This document shows positions 27,325 through 36,960 of a DNA stretch of 53,349 bases, one piece after another (within the stretch, counting starts at the first letter, position 1; each line of letters starts with the position of its first letter). The notes under the pieces were generated by a model. The model was not told the DNA's origin, did not search any database, and saw only the letters and a list, made by a program, of their open reading frames with translations. Source of the stretch: a virus (taxonomy: Duplodnaviria > Caudoviricetes); the IMG/VR virus record IMGVR_UViG_3300025695_001512, positions 1 through 53,349 of that record. The stretch is one strand, 5' to 3'. Made by a program: the position numbers and the translations under genes.

Positions 27325-29397
27325 ATGCCGAGTCAGAATATCAATAATTATTATTTTAACAGATACGACATTAAGCTAGATTATAGTAGTTATTTTGACC
27401 TTACATTAGCGTCAGACGAAAGAGACTATGATGAAGAAGTTGTATTCTCTAACAATATTATTGGTGTTGATGATGGTAACCGTCTACCTGTTAGTATTGA
27501 TTTAAATTCTTTTTTATCTAATCAAAAATTAGATTTATTATGGAATGTCAATTACACCGGCAACACCTTAGTATCAAAAAATTATTATAACCCAAATAAT
27601 GAAGATTTAAGTTGTTATACTGCAACTACATTATGTGATATAGGTCTTACCGCCACTGACAACGGTTTATATAACAAAATGACGGGTGAATCCATTACAT
27701 TTACTATGGGTATTAATGACTTTGAAAAGTTTAACCCTCACTACTACGATAGGAGAATGAAATTTCACCCAGTTACGTCATATGCCGATTACCCTAATCA
27801 TAGGTTTTCAGGGAATTCAAAAACGATATACAATATTGTTTCAAAAAATGATGACAATGTAGGTTACTATAACGAATTGTACGGAGGATTCTATCAAGGG
27901 TTCTACAAATTATATGGGTACGATTATGAAGTTTTTCCTGAAAGAGTGAATAAAGGATGGACCATGGAAACTGTCATCAAACCTAGACAAAGGGAAGAGT
28001 ATGAAATTCAACCTTCTGAGGTTTATTTGAATGATGTATATCCTGATAATTCAGGTATGTTCTTTTTCTTTGGTGCGAGGGCTGAAAATAAGTATTACCA
28101 TCCCGCATCAGGTGATGTACAAAGTATTAACACATTTAAATGTGATTTTGGTATTGATGTTATTGGTGAAGTAACAGGTTGGACTTATGATAGAGTGACA
28201 TCGGGTTTAAGTAATTGTATTAAAACTTGTGCGTGTTCAGACACAGGAGTAACCAATTCAAATTGTTTTAATGTATTTCCTACAACATCTACAACAGTTC
28301 AACATAATATTGGTAATTGTAATAGTTACAACAGTAAAGTTACTAATCCACCTGTAGACCCAGGTAAAGATGTGTTTTCAAATGCGATGGCGATTAGGTT
28401 AAGTGGTGACCCTAAAAATCCACACCTTTGTGTTAAATACATAAAATTAACAGGTGATTGTGTTACAACGGGTAGTTGTGGTACTACAGGATTAACATAC
28501 TCGTCAGGGTATTGTGTGAATGAAATATGTTCAGTAAGAGGTATATATGACGATTGTGGTTATGATAGTTTAGTGTGTTTAACAGCAAACACAGAAGAAA
28601 GGTGGGTAACCATATCAGCAGTTTTTGAAAGATATGAGACCCTTGAAGATTGTGATTTAATTAATTGGGGAGGTCTTGGAGATATTAGGGAATTATTATA
28701 TCCGTCATCTATTAACGGTGCATCTCCGAATCTTATTATGCCACCACAAACACATCCAGGTTCATCAAAAGAAAAGTTAACAAACATTACCGAACTTAAC
28801 CGTAAATGGTTAAGAGAAAGAGATAAGAGAAAAGGATTGTTAAAATTATATGTTAATGGTTATCTCTTTATGGTTATTGAAGACTTTGAAGAAATCATAC
28901 CTCGTGAGTTAAATACTCAAAAAGAAAAGCAATTAGGGGTTCCTTTTAATGTTAGTTGGGGTGGAGGAACACAAGGTCTTAGAGAAAGTTTAATGTTTAG
29001 TGGTTGTAGTGCGACTGAAGGACCTTATATACAAGACCCTGAATCAATGCCGAATGAAGTTTTATCAGGAACTTCACTTTCAGGATTAACTACTGATATT
29101 TTATTGGAACCAAATTTTGGAGGGACATTCATGGGTGGTATATCTCAATTTAGGATGTACACCGAACCTTTAAGTACGCCACAGATACAACACAATGCAA
29201 GAATCCTAAAAGGTAAATTTGACTTATATGATTTTTGGTGTTCAAATTGTTACCCATGTTTATTGGGATGTTTCTTTAACTTTAATATTGAAGAGGCGGC
29301 ATGTAACTTTGATTTTGTATCCAATGAAATAACTTGTGATTTTGGTTTTAATATTTCAGAACCTGATTGTGACCCTAATTTTGATATAATTACGTAA
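27325..29397 (+). CDS. Cys-rich LamG/concanavalin-like virion protein
   Basis: WTMETVIKP, LKLYVNG, FMGGISQFRMYTEPLSTPQIQHN (LamG C-terminal pattern); many Cys. Confidence 0.65.
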   Translation: MPSQNINNYYFNRYDIKLDYSSYFDLTLASDERDYDEEVVFSNNIIGVDDGNRLPVSIDLNSFLSNQKLDLLWNVNYTGNTLVSKNYYNPNNEDLSCYTATTLCDIGLTATDNGLYNKMTGESITFTMGINDFEKFNPHYYDRRMKFHPVTSYADYPNHRFSGNSKTIYNIVSKNDDNVGYYNELYGGFYQGFYKLYGYDYEVFPERVNKGWTMETVIKPRQREEYEIQPSEVYLNDVYPDNSGMFFFFGARAENKYYHPASGDVQSINTFKCDFGIDVIGEVTGWTYDRVTSGLSNCIKTCACSDTGVTNSNCFNVFPTTSTTVQHNIGNCNSYNSKVTNPPVDPGKDVFSNAMAIRLSGDPKNPHLCVKYIKLTGDCVTTGSCGTTGLTYSSGYCVNEICSVRGIYDDCGYDSLVCLTANTEERWVTISAVFERYETLEDCDLINWGGLGDIRELLYPSSINGASPNLIMPPQTHPGSSKEKLTNITELNRKWLRERDKRKGLLKLYVNGYLFMVIEDFEEIIPRELNTQKEKQLGVPFNVSWGGGTQGLRESLMFSGCSATEGPYIQDPESMPNEVLSGTSLSGLTTDILLEPNFGGTFMGGISQFRMYTEPLSTPQIQHNARILKGKFDLYDFWCSNCYPCLLGCFFNFNIEEAACNFDFVSNEITCDFGFNISEPDCDPNFDIIT

Positions 29398-32300
29398 TGG
29401 AGTTTTTTATAAGGAAAAATAGTACACTACCAATTATAAAGGTACAGGTAGTAAAAGATGGAAGAGTTGATTTTCGTGAGTTTGATAACTTAACGAACAC
29501 CTCGACTATTACTTTTAGTATGTGGGATGAGGAAACCAATAGATACTATGTTGTAAATAAACCAGCAAGAACTATGGTAAAAGAGGCTACAGGTGATAGT
29601 CCTGAAGTTGAATATTATGTTTATTACCAACTAACATCTCATGAAACACGTAATCCTGGTCGTTATATTGCTGAGTTTAAAATTTCTAACGAACAAGGAG
29701 AAATTACATTACCATTAAGAAAAAAATTATTTATAAACGTTAGAGATTCGATAAGTATCCCTGATTTATGTTGTAGACCAAATAGAGGTAATAGTGATGT
29801 AATTTTACCTTCAGAAACCCCTAGACCTTCAGTAACTCCGTCAGTAACTCCATCGGTAACTGTAACTCCATCTATTACACCTACACATTCAGTAACTCCG
29901 TCAGTAACTGTAACTCCATCTATTACACCTACACATTCAGTAACTCCGTCAGTAACTCCATCGGTAACTGTAACTCCATCTATTACACCCACAAACACTA
30001 TAACACCGACACCATCAAACACACTATATTCTACCCCAACACCCACTTCATCAGTAACTCCTAGTGCGTCTATTACACCCACATCTTCAGTTACACCTTC
30101 AGTAACTATTACACCTACTTCTTCAGTAACTCCTAGTGTTTCAATTACTCTATCACCAAGTATAACACCTAGTTCTTCAATTACACCTTCAGTAACTATT
30201 ACGCCGACTCCAAGTATAACAATTACTTCAACACCATCAGTTACACCAACTAACACGCCAACTCCGAGTGTAACTCCTACATATACGCCAACACCAAGCG
30301 TAACAGCATCTAACACTCCAACAATATCGTTAACACCGACTAACACACCAACTTCATCTATTACACCAACTCACACTCCGACATTGACACAAACACCTAC
30401 AGTTACAACAACTCAAACTCCAAGTATAACAGTAAGTCAGACTCCTGGTGCGAGTATTAGCACAACACCTACGTTAACTCAAACACAGACACAAACTCCA
30501 ACACATACTCCATCTGCTACGCCAGATTCAACACCTGATGTCACTCAAACGTCAACACCTACGTTAACTCAGACTCCATCTACTACGCCAGATTCAACAC
30601 CGGATTTAACTCAAACACCAACACCTACGTTAACTCAAACATTGACACAAACACCAACATACACTCCGTCAGCCACTCCAGATTCTACACCTGATATAAC
30701 TCAAACACCAACTCCAACAATAACTCCGACAACACCATGTTGTGATACTTGGGAATTATATGGTGGTATGAATTGTGATACAGGCACAACGTTTACATAT
30801 GTCGATTGCGATGGTCTTAATCAGGAGATTACTGTCGGAATATACGATAGTGCCACAATTTGTGCACTAAGTGTTGTTAATACAAACCCAAGTTGTGGAG
30901 GTGGTGCATACACAAATGGTAATTGTATTTGTAACCCAACACCTACTCCAACGATGACACAAACACAGACAGAAACACCAACACCTACACCAACATCAAC
31001 ACCATCAGTTTTAACAAGAGCGGCAACAACAAGATGTTGTGACGGTGCAGATGTAGTTTTAACAACTTATGACAGTATCATCGTTGGGGATTTCTTGATT
31101 TATAATAATCAGTGTCACCAGGTAACTTTAATCAATCCACCGGCTGGTGGTCCACTCGCGGTAAAAGAAACTTATCGTGATTGTGCAACTTGTATTATTG
31201 ATAACCCATGTCCTGAGGTTAGTCCAACACCAACTCAAACACAAACACCAACTCAAACACAAACACCAACTCCAACACCTACGTTAACGGTAAGTCCGTC
31301 ACCAACAGAACCTCAGTCCTCTGAGATTTGTATTCCTTATAACTGGTACGGAACGGGAGCAATTCCTGGTTCGTCAGCAACAGGTGTTGCATACGCGAAT
31401 AGTGCAACTCCGTCATCGATTACTGAGTGGTATTTGTCAGATATATTATGTAGTGGATATGACATTAATAATTTATTCCCATTAACAACAGGTAACTCAC
31501 TAGATGTGAAATTAGGTAATCAAATTGCAACTTATACTGTAAACAGTTTTACAAATGCACCTGTTGGTAATTATTGGATTGTGGGGGTAAGTTACGTTTC
31601 GGGAACTGTTAGTGTCTCACCAGTAAATTGTCACCAACAAAACTTGCTCTGTTTCGACACGACTCCACAACCAGGAATATCTCCTTTACCAACGGAAACT
31701 AATACCCCAACACCGTCTGCAACTCCGAGGTCTACAGAAACACCTACTCCGTCAATAACACCAACTAATAGTATAACTCCTACCTCATCGGTAACATTAA
31801 CTCCATCAGTAACTCCTACCGTTTCAGTTACACCAACAAATACTGTAACACCTACCTCATCGGTAACATTAACTCCATCAGTTACACCAACAAATACTGT
31901 AACACCTACATCATCTGTAAGTGTAACACCATCATCAACACCGAGTGTTACCCCATCAGTAACTCCATCAGTTACACCATCGCCAGTACCGACAACAGGT
32001 TATGGTTATAATTTAGTATCAACACCATATCAGGTTCCAACTTCAGGTAATACAATTATTAGTAATGGTAACGGTGGTGTATCTAGTGGTTCTACTAATC
32101 CAAACTCATTCAATGATGGTCCTCAGATGGATGGAATATATTGGAATACAATTGATAAGGATGGTGTAGATAGAGATTCTTATTATTCGTCTTTTGTGGG
32201 TAATTGTGTTCGTTTGACGATTTCTCAAAATGGTAGTACCGCGATATATGACGGAACGTTAGAGGATGTCGGAGGTGCAGGTTTACCATACGGAGGATGG

Positions 32301-33662
32301 ACAGGAGGTACTGAAGGAACGGGATATTACTTTAGAGGTGATGGTAATAATCAAATACAGTTAGTTCAATCAGCATCAACACAATGGGTGATTGGTGACA
32401 TTGTTTATATTAGTGTTGAAACTATAACATGTCCAAGTATAACACCAACACCAACACCATCGGTAACTCCAACTAACACACCAACACCATCGATTACACC
32501 ATCGTCAACTGCCGATGTAACGCCAACGCCAACATCAACAACAAACGCAACACCAACACCAACGAATACTTCAACGGTAACACCTACAGCAACAATAACT
32601 CCGAGTATCACTCCATCAAATAGCGTTACTCCATCAATAACACCAACTCCATCAACCACACCCACTAATTTATACTCATTTAGTGCATTTACATTTACCA
32701 GTGGTGGTGTAACAAACGGAGCCACAGGACCAACATTAACAAATATACAAAACGCTTATAGTGCCGAAACATGGACACAGAACACATCAAACTTAAACAT
32801 GACTACTCAGGGTTATCAACTTTGGACTGTACCTCAAACAGGCACCTATGAGTTTGAAGTTGCGGGTGGTCAGGCTGCCTCAGCTATGTATCCTTCTTCT
32901 TCTACAGGTGGTAGAGGTGTTATCATGAGAGGTCGTTATTCACTCAATAGAGGTGATGTTGTTGAAATTATTGTCGGACAACAAGGTGATGAGGTTACCA
33001 ATGCAACACAATTCAACGGAGCAGGAGGTGGTGGTGGTTCATTCGTAGTATTAAGTGGTTCACCATTAATCATTGCCGGTGGAGGTGGTGGTGATGGAGC
33101 ATACACTAGTTCCGAGTCAGGAACACTTTATAATGGTAATGATGCCGTTACTAATATTAGCGGTACTACATCAGTATTCTTAGCCCCTTCAGGTTCTGTT
33201 GGTGAGGGTGGTTTAACACATATTAATAATGTAGGAACAGTATCTGCAAACCAATACGATTCAGGTGCGGGGGCAGGATTTAACAGTAATGGTCAAAACG
33301 GAACAACGGCAACAGGTTCAGCCCCTCAAGGAGGTAGTAGTTATACCAATGGTTTAGTTGGTGGTGCAGGTGCGTCGACTTGGTCTCAAGCATCGGATGG
33401 TGGATTCGGTGGTGCTGGTGGAGGTTCCCCAATCTGTGGTGGAGGTGGTGGTGGATACACAGGTGGTGGTGGTTCATATAGAAATGGTTCTCCTCTTTCT
33501 GACGGTGGAGGAGGTGGAGGTTCATACATTGTTTCAAGTATGACAAATGTTGCAACAACAGACGGACAATATAATTTAAGTTCGACTTTTAACGGTAATA
33601 CAATAACTAATTTAGGAACTTATAACACAGGTAATGGATATGTTACTGTTACTTTAATATAA
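29397..33662 (+). CDS. Mucin-like Pro/Thr/Ser fibre protein: BppU-like N-terminal anchor, PT stalks, Cys modules, C-terminal glycine-rich domain
   Basis: 1421 aa; extensive TP(S/T) repeats; terminal WTVP.TGTY...GG.G...GGGGGS glycine-rich domain. Confidence 0.75.
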   Translation: MEFFIRKNSTLPIIKVQVVKDGRVDFREFDNLTNTSTITFSMWDEETNRYYVVNKPARTMVKEATGDSPEVEYYVYYQLTSHETRNPGRYIAEFKISNEQGEITLPLRKKLFINVRDSISIPDLCCRPNRGNSDVILPSETPRPSVTPSVTPSVTVTPSITPTHSVTPSVTVTPSITPTHSVTPSVTPSVTVTPSITPTNTITPTPSNTLYSTPTPTSSVTPSASITPTSSVTPSVTITPTSSVTPSVSITLSPSITPSSSITPSVTITPTPSITITSTPSVTPTNTPTPSVTPTYTPTPSVTASNTPTISLTPTNTPTSSITPTHTPTLTQTPTVTTTQTPSITVSQTPGASISTTPTLTQTQTQTPTHTPSATPDSTPDVTQTSTPTLTQTPSTTPDSTPDLTQTPTPTLTQTLTQTPTYTPSATPDSTPDITQTPTPTITPTTPCCDTWELYGGMNCDTGTTFTYVDCDGLNQEITVGIYDSATICALSVVNTNPSCGGGAYTNGNCICNPTPTPTMTQTQTETPTPTPTSTPSVLTRAATTRCCDGADVVLTTYDSIIVGDFLIYNNQCHQVTLINPPAGGPLAVKETYRDCATCIIDNPCPEVSPTPTQTQTPTQTQTPTPTPTLTVSPSPTEPQSSEICIPYNWYGTGAIPGSSATGVAYANSATPSSITEWYLSDILCSGYDINNLFPLTTGNSLDVKLGNQIATYTVNSFTNAPVGNYWIVGVSYVSGTVSVSPVNCHQQNLLCFDTTPQPGISPLPTETNTPTPSATPRSTETPTPSITPTNSITPTSSVTLTPSVTPTVSVTPTNTVTPTSSVTLTPSVTPTNTVTPTSSVSVTPSSTPSVTPSVTPSVTPSPVPTTGYGYNLVSTPYQVPTSGNTIISNGNGGVSSGSTNPNSFNDGPQMDGIYWNTIDKDGVDRDSYYSSFVGNCVRLTISQNGSTAIYDGTLEDVGGAGLPYGGWTGGTEGTGYYFRGDGNNQIQLVQSASTQWVIGDIVYISVETITCPSITPTPTPSVTPTNTPTPSITPSSTADVTPTPTSTTNATPTPTNTSTVTPTATITPSITPSNSVTPSITPTPSTTPTNLYSFSAFTFTSGGVTNGATGPTLTNIQNAYSAETWTQNTSNLNMTTQGYQLWTVPQTGTYEFEVAGGQAASAMYPSSSTGGRGVIMRGRYSLNRGDVVEIIVGQQGDEVTNATQFNGAGGGGGSFVVLSGSPLIIAGGGGGDGAYTSSESGTLYNGNDAVTNISGTTSVFLAPSGSVGEGGLTHINNVGTVSANQYDSGAGAGFNSNGQNGTTATGSAPQGGSSYTNGLVGGAGASTWSQASDGGFGGAGGGSPICGGGGGGYTGGGGSYRNGSPLSDGGGGGGSYIVSSMTNVATTDGQYNLSSTFNGNTITNLGTYNTGNGYVTVTLI
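29830..29989 (+). repeat. Near-perfect tandem DNA repeats (60/48/~52 nt) in the PT stalk
   Basis: cagtaactccgtcagtaact(ccatcggtaact)gtaactccatctattacacc(tacacatt) occurs three times. Confidence 0.85.
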
Positions 33663-33676
33663 TGTATTTATAGAAT

Positions 33677-34030
33677 ATGGAATTTTTTATTAAACAAAAT
33701 AGTGAGTTACCCATCTTAAAGATGCAAGTAGTAAAAGACGGTAGAACAAATGCTAATAAAATATTTGACGCTGACCTCGATACTGCAACTATTCGTTTTA
33801 CTATGAAAGATGAGAGCAATGGTATTCCAAAAGTTTTGATGAATAACGCATATATTACTGAAAAGATTCAACAAAATCCTGATGCACCAAAAGAATATTA
33901 CATTTATTATAAATGGAGTAAACGTGATACAAAAAACAAGGGTCGTTTCATTGGTGAGTTCCATATTGTAAACTCGATGGGTGAGTTAATTGCCCCGATT
34001 AGGGAAAATCTTTACATCAATATCATTTGA
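33677..34030 (+). CDS. Stand-alone paralogue of the fibre N-terminal (BppU-like) domain
   Basis: MEFFIKQNSELPILKMQVVKDGR vs MEFFIRKNSTLPIIKVQVVKDGR; TATTTAT at 33665-33671. Confidence 0.8.
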   Translation: MEFFIKQNSELPILKMQVVKDGRTNANKIFDADLDTATIRFTMKDESNGIPKVLMNNAYITEKIQQNPDAPKEYYIYYKWSKRDTKNKGRFIGEFHIVNSMGELIAPIRENLYINII

Positions 34031-34055
34031 CAAACTCCTTAATCTACTTTATTAT
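34027..34055 (+). promoter_or_regulatory. Sigma70-like promoter of DNA polymerase gene
   Basis: TTGACA (34027-34032), 17 nt, TATTAT (34050-34055). Confidence 0.6.
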
Positions 34056-34128
34056 TTGTTCACATGTCAAAGAGTAATCACAATCAATATGATGTGAGTA
34101 GAATGTCTCGGACGAAAAAACAAATATT

Positions 34129-36960
34129 ATGGTATCACAAAAAGAAATTGAAGATTTCCTTCACGGAGAGGACCCTGAAAAGTATATTGTGGCGTTAGAA
34201 TATGATTACGCCTCAGGAAAAATATTCAAAGTTATTCAACACCCCGAACAGGGAAAAGTAATTAAATCAGACACATTTATTCCATTTGCGTGGGTTGGAG
34301 ACCTTAGGGGTATTAACTTCTATAGAGGTTCAAAAGCAGCACAGAAACAAGCGATGTCAGAGCATGGTATTATCATTGAAAAACTTGATACCCACGGTGA
34401 TGAAAGAATGGAAAAAGGTCTTAAGTATTTGGTTAAGACCACAAAATCATATAGTAATTTAGTAAACTTCTTTAAAGGTGGTGGACTTGAGCCTTGGGGT
34501 AGAGAAAGTTCAGACCACATTATGATTCTACCACCAACAGAACAATATCTCGTTCAGAAAAACAAACGACTATTCAAAGGATTTGAAGAATATGATGAAA
34601 TACACCGATTTGTATTCGATATCGAGACCACAGGTCTATCACCTGAGGACAGTAGAATATTCCTTATCGGAATGAAAGATAACAAAGGTTTTGAGAAAGT
34701 TATTGCTTGTGAAAATGACGAAGAAGAACGAAAAGTAATCATAGACTTCTTCGATACAATCGCATACCTTAAACCAACTCTTATTGGTGGGTATAACTCA
34801 GCTTTCTTCGATTTTCCTTTTATTTTACGTAGAGCAGAAATCTTAGGGCTTAATATAAAAAGAATTTCAAAAACACTAAACCCCCAACAGTCTTTACGAC
34901 AAAAAGAGGGTATGTTAAAACTTGCAAACGAAATGGAACCCTATACTCAGACGATGATGTGGGGATATAACATTGTGGATATTGCCCATGCAGTTCGTAG
35001 AGCACAAGCCATTAACTCAGACATTAAGAGTTGGGGTCTTAAATACATTACTCAATTTATCGGAGCTGAAAAGGAAAACCGTGTTTATGTTGAGGGTGAT
35101 AAGATTGGTAAAATCTATTTTGATAATAAGGATTACTACTTCAATCCAAAATCAGGTGGTTACAAAGAAGTTGGAGCAAAAGGAACTGAAAACCTAATGG
35201 AAAGATTTCCAGGTGCATTTGAAAAGGTTGGAGGTAAATACATTATCGAGAGATACCTTTATGATGATATTTGGGAAACTATGGTTGTTGATGAAGAGTT
35301 CAATCAAGCTAACTTCCTTCTATCAAAATTGGTTCCAACTACATATGAAAGATTATCTACGATGGGAACTGCAACTTTATGGAAAATGATTATGGCATCA
35401 TGGTCGTATAAGAATAATCTGGCAATCCCTAAAAAAGGTGAAAAAAGACCGTTCACTGGTGGACTTTCTCGTCTACTTGCTGTTGGGTATTCAACTAATG
35501 TATTAAAACTTGACTACTCGTCTCTTTATCCCTCTATTCAGTTGGTTCACGATGTGTTCCCTAAGTGTGATGTCACAGGTGCAATGAAGAGTATGTTGAA
35601 GTATTTCCGTGATACTCGTATCAAATACAAAAAACTTGCCGGTGAACTGTATGAGTCGGACCCGAAAGAATCTAAGAAGTACGGACGTAAACAATTACCA
35701 ATTAAGATTTTCATTAACGCATTCTTCGGTTCGTTATCCGCACCACAGGTATTCCCGTGGGGTGATATGGATATGGGTGAACAGATTACTTGTACTGGTC
35801 GTCAATACCTTCGTCAGATGATTATGTGGTTTATGGAAAGGGGATATAAACCACTCGTTATGGATACGGATGGTGTTAACTTCTCATCACCACCTGGTCG
35901 TGAGGAACACACTTATGTGGGAAAAGGGTTAAATGATTTGGTTGTTGAAGGTAAAACATATCACGGAACTGAAGCCGATGTTGCCGAGTATAATGATTTG
36001 TTTATGAGAGGTGAGATGGGTCTTGATACTGATGGTGTGTGGCCGTCAACTATTAATGTAGCTCGTAAGAACTATGCACTTCTTACAGACTCAGGAAAGG
36101 TAAAACTTACAGGTAATACGATTAAGTCGAAGAAACTACCAACATATGTTGCTGAATTCTTAGATAAAGGATTAAGATTGTTATTAGATGGTAATGGTCA
36201 TGAATTCTTAGATTACTATTATGAATATGCTGAAAAGATTTATAATCAACAAATACCGATTTCTAAGATTGCAAATAAGGCAAGAGTAAAACAATCAATA
36301 AAAGAGTATAAAGTCCACATCACTAAAAAAACTAAGTCAGGTTCACTTATGTCTCGTCAAGCTCATATGGAACTTGCGATTAAACATAATTTACCTGTTG
36401 GTTTGGGTGATACCATTTATTATGTAAATAACGGTGAAAAGAAGTCTCACGGTGATGTTCAAAAGAAAAATATATGGAACGCAACTGCAGCTGAGAAAAG
36501 ACAATATAAATCAGAACACGGAGTTGTTATGCCACCTGACGGTGTTGAAGTTGTTTTGAATTGTTATTTAATTAATGATAAAGACATTGCAAATGAACCT
36601 GATAAGTTAGGTGAATATAATGTTCCTCGTTATTTAGCTGCGTTTAATAAAAGAATAGAACCCCTATTGGTTGTTTTTTCACCTGATATCCGTGATGAGA
36701 TTTTAATTGAGGACCCATCAGACCGACCATTCTTTACTAAAACACAAACCGAATTGGTTAGAGGATATCCTCGTAGAGATGGTGACCAAGACGAATTAGA
36801 TGAGGTATTAACTCTTTCTGACACGGAAGTTAAGTTTTGGGGTAGTGTAGGTATTAACCCTTATTATATGTATTTAGATGGGACTATGGATTTAGTAGAT
36901 AAAGACTACGTAAAAAAGAATCAGAATATTATGAGTTCTTTAACCCATCAGATGACATAA
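34129..36960 (+). CDS. polB: DNA polymerase family B
   Basis: Exo motifs FDIETTG, GYNSAFFDFP, YLYDD; polymerase motifs DYSSLYPS, KIFINAFFG, MDTDG, RKNYA. Confidence 0.95.
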   Translation: MVSQKEIEDFLHGEDPEKYIVALEYDYASGKIFKVIQHPEQGKVIKSDTFIPFAWVGDLRGINFYRGSKAAQKQAMSEHGIIIEKLDTHGDERMEKGLKYLVKTTKSYSNLVNFFKGGGLEPWGRESSDHIMILPPTEQYLVQKNKRLFKGFEEYDEIHRFVFDIETTGLSPEDSRIFLIGMKDNKGFEKVIACENDEEERKVIIDFFDTIAYLKPTLIGGYNSAFFDFPFILRRAEILGLNIKRISKTLNPQQSLRQKEGMLKLANEMEPYTQTMMWGYNIVDIAHAVRRAQAINSDIKSWGLKYITQFIGAEKENRVYVEGDKIGKIYFDNKDYYFNPKSGGYKEVGAKGTENLMERFPGAFEKVGGKYIIERYLYDDIWETMVVDEEFNQANFLLSKLVPTTYERLSTMGTATLWKMIMASWSYKNNLAIPKKGEKRPFTGGLSRLLAVGYSTNVLKLDYSSLYPSIQLVHDVFPKCDVTGAMKSMLKYFRDTRIKYKKLAGELYESDPKESKKYGRKQLPIKIFINAFFGSLSAPQVFPWGDMDMGEQITCTGRQYLRQMIMWFMERGYKPLVMDTDGVNFSSPPGREEHTYVGKGLNDLVVEGKTYHGTEADVAEYNDLFMRGEMGLDTDGVWPSTINVARKNYALLTDSGKVKLTGNTIKSKKLPTYVAEFLDKGLRLLLDGNGHEFLDYYYEYAEKIYNQQIPISKIANKARVKQSIKEYKVHITKKTKSGSLMSRQAHMELAIKHNLPVGLGDTIYYVNNGEKKSHGDVQKKNIWNATAAEKRQYKSEHGVVMPPDGVEVVLNCYLINDKDIANEPDKLGEYNVPRYLAAFNKRIEPLLVVFSPDIRDEILIEDPSDRPFFTKTQTELVRGYPRRDGDQDELDEVLTLSDTEVKFWGSVGINPYYMYLDGTMDLVDKDYVKKNQNIMSSLTHQMT

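Noticed and set aside
29663-30346. 227-aa Val/Gly-rich minus-strand ORF (also 32405-32725)
   Set aside because: Antisense shadows of the Thr/Pro repeat codons of the fibre gene.
34129-36960. Intein or intron in polB or the helicase
   Set aside because: The motifs are contiguous at normal spacing, with no intein terminal signature or homing endonuclease motif.
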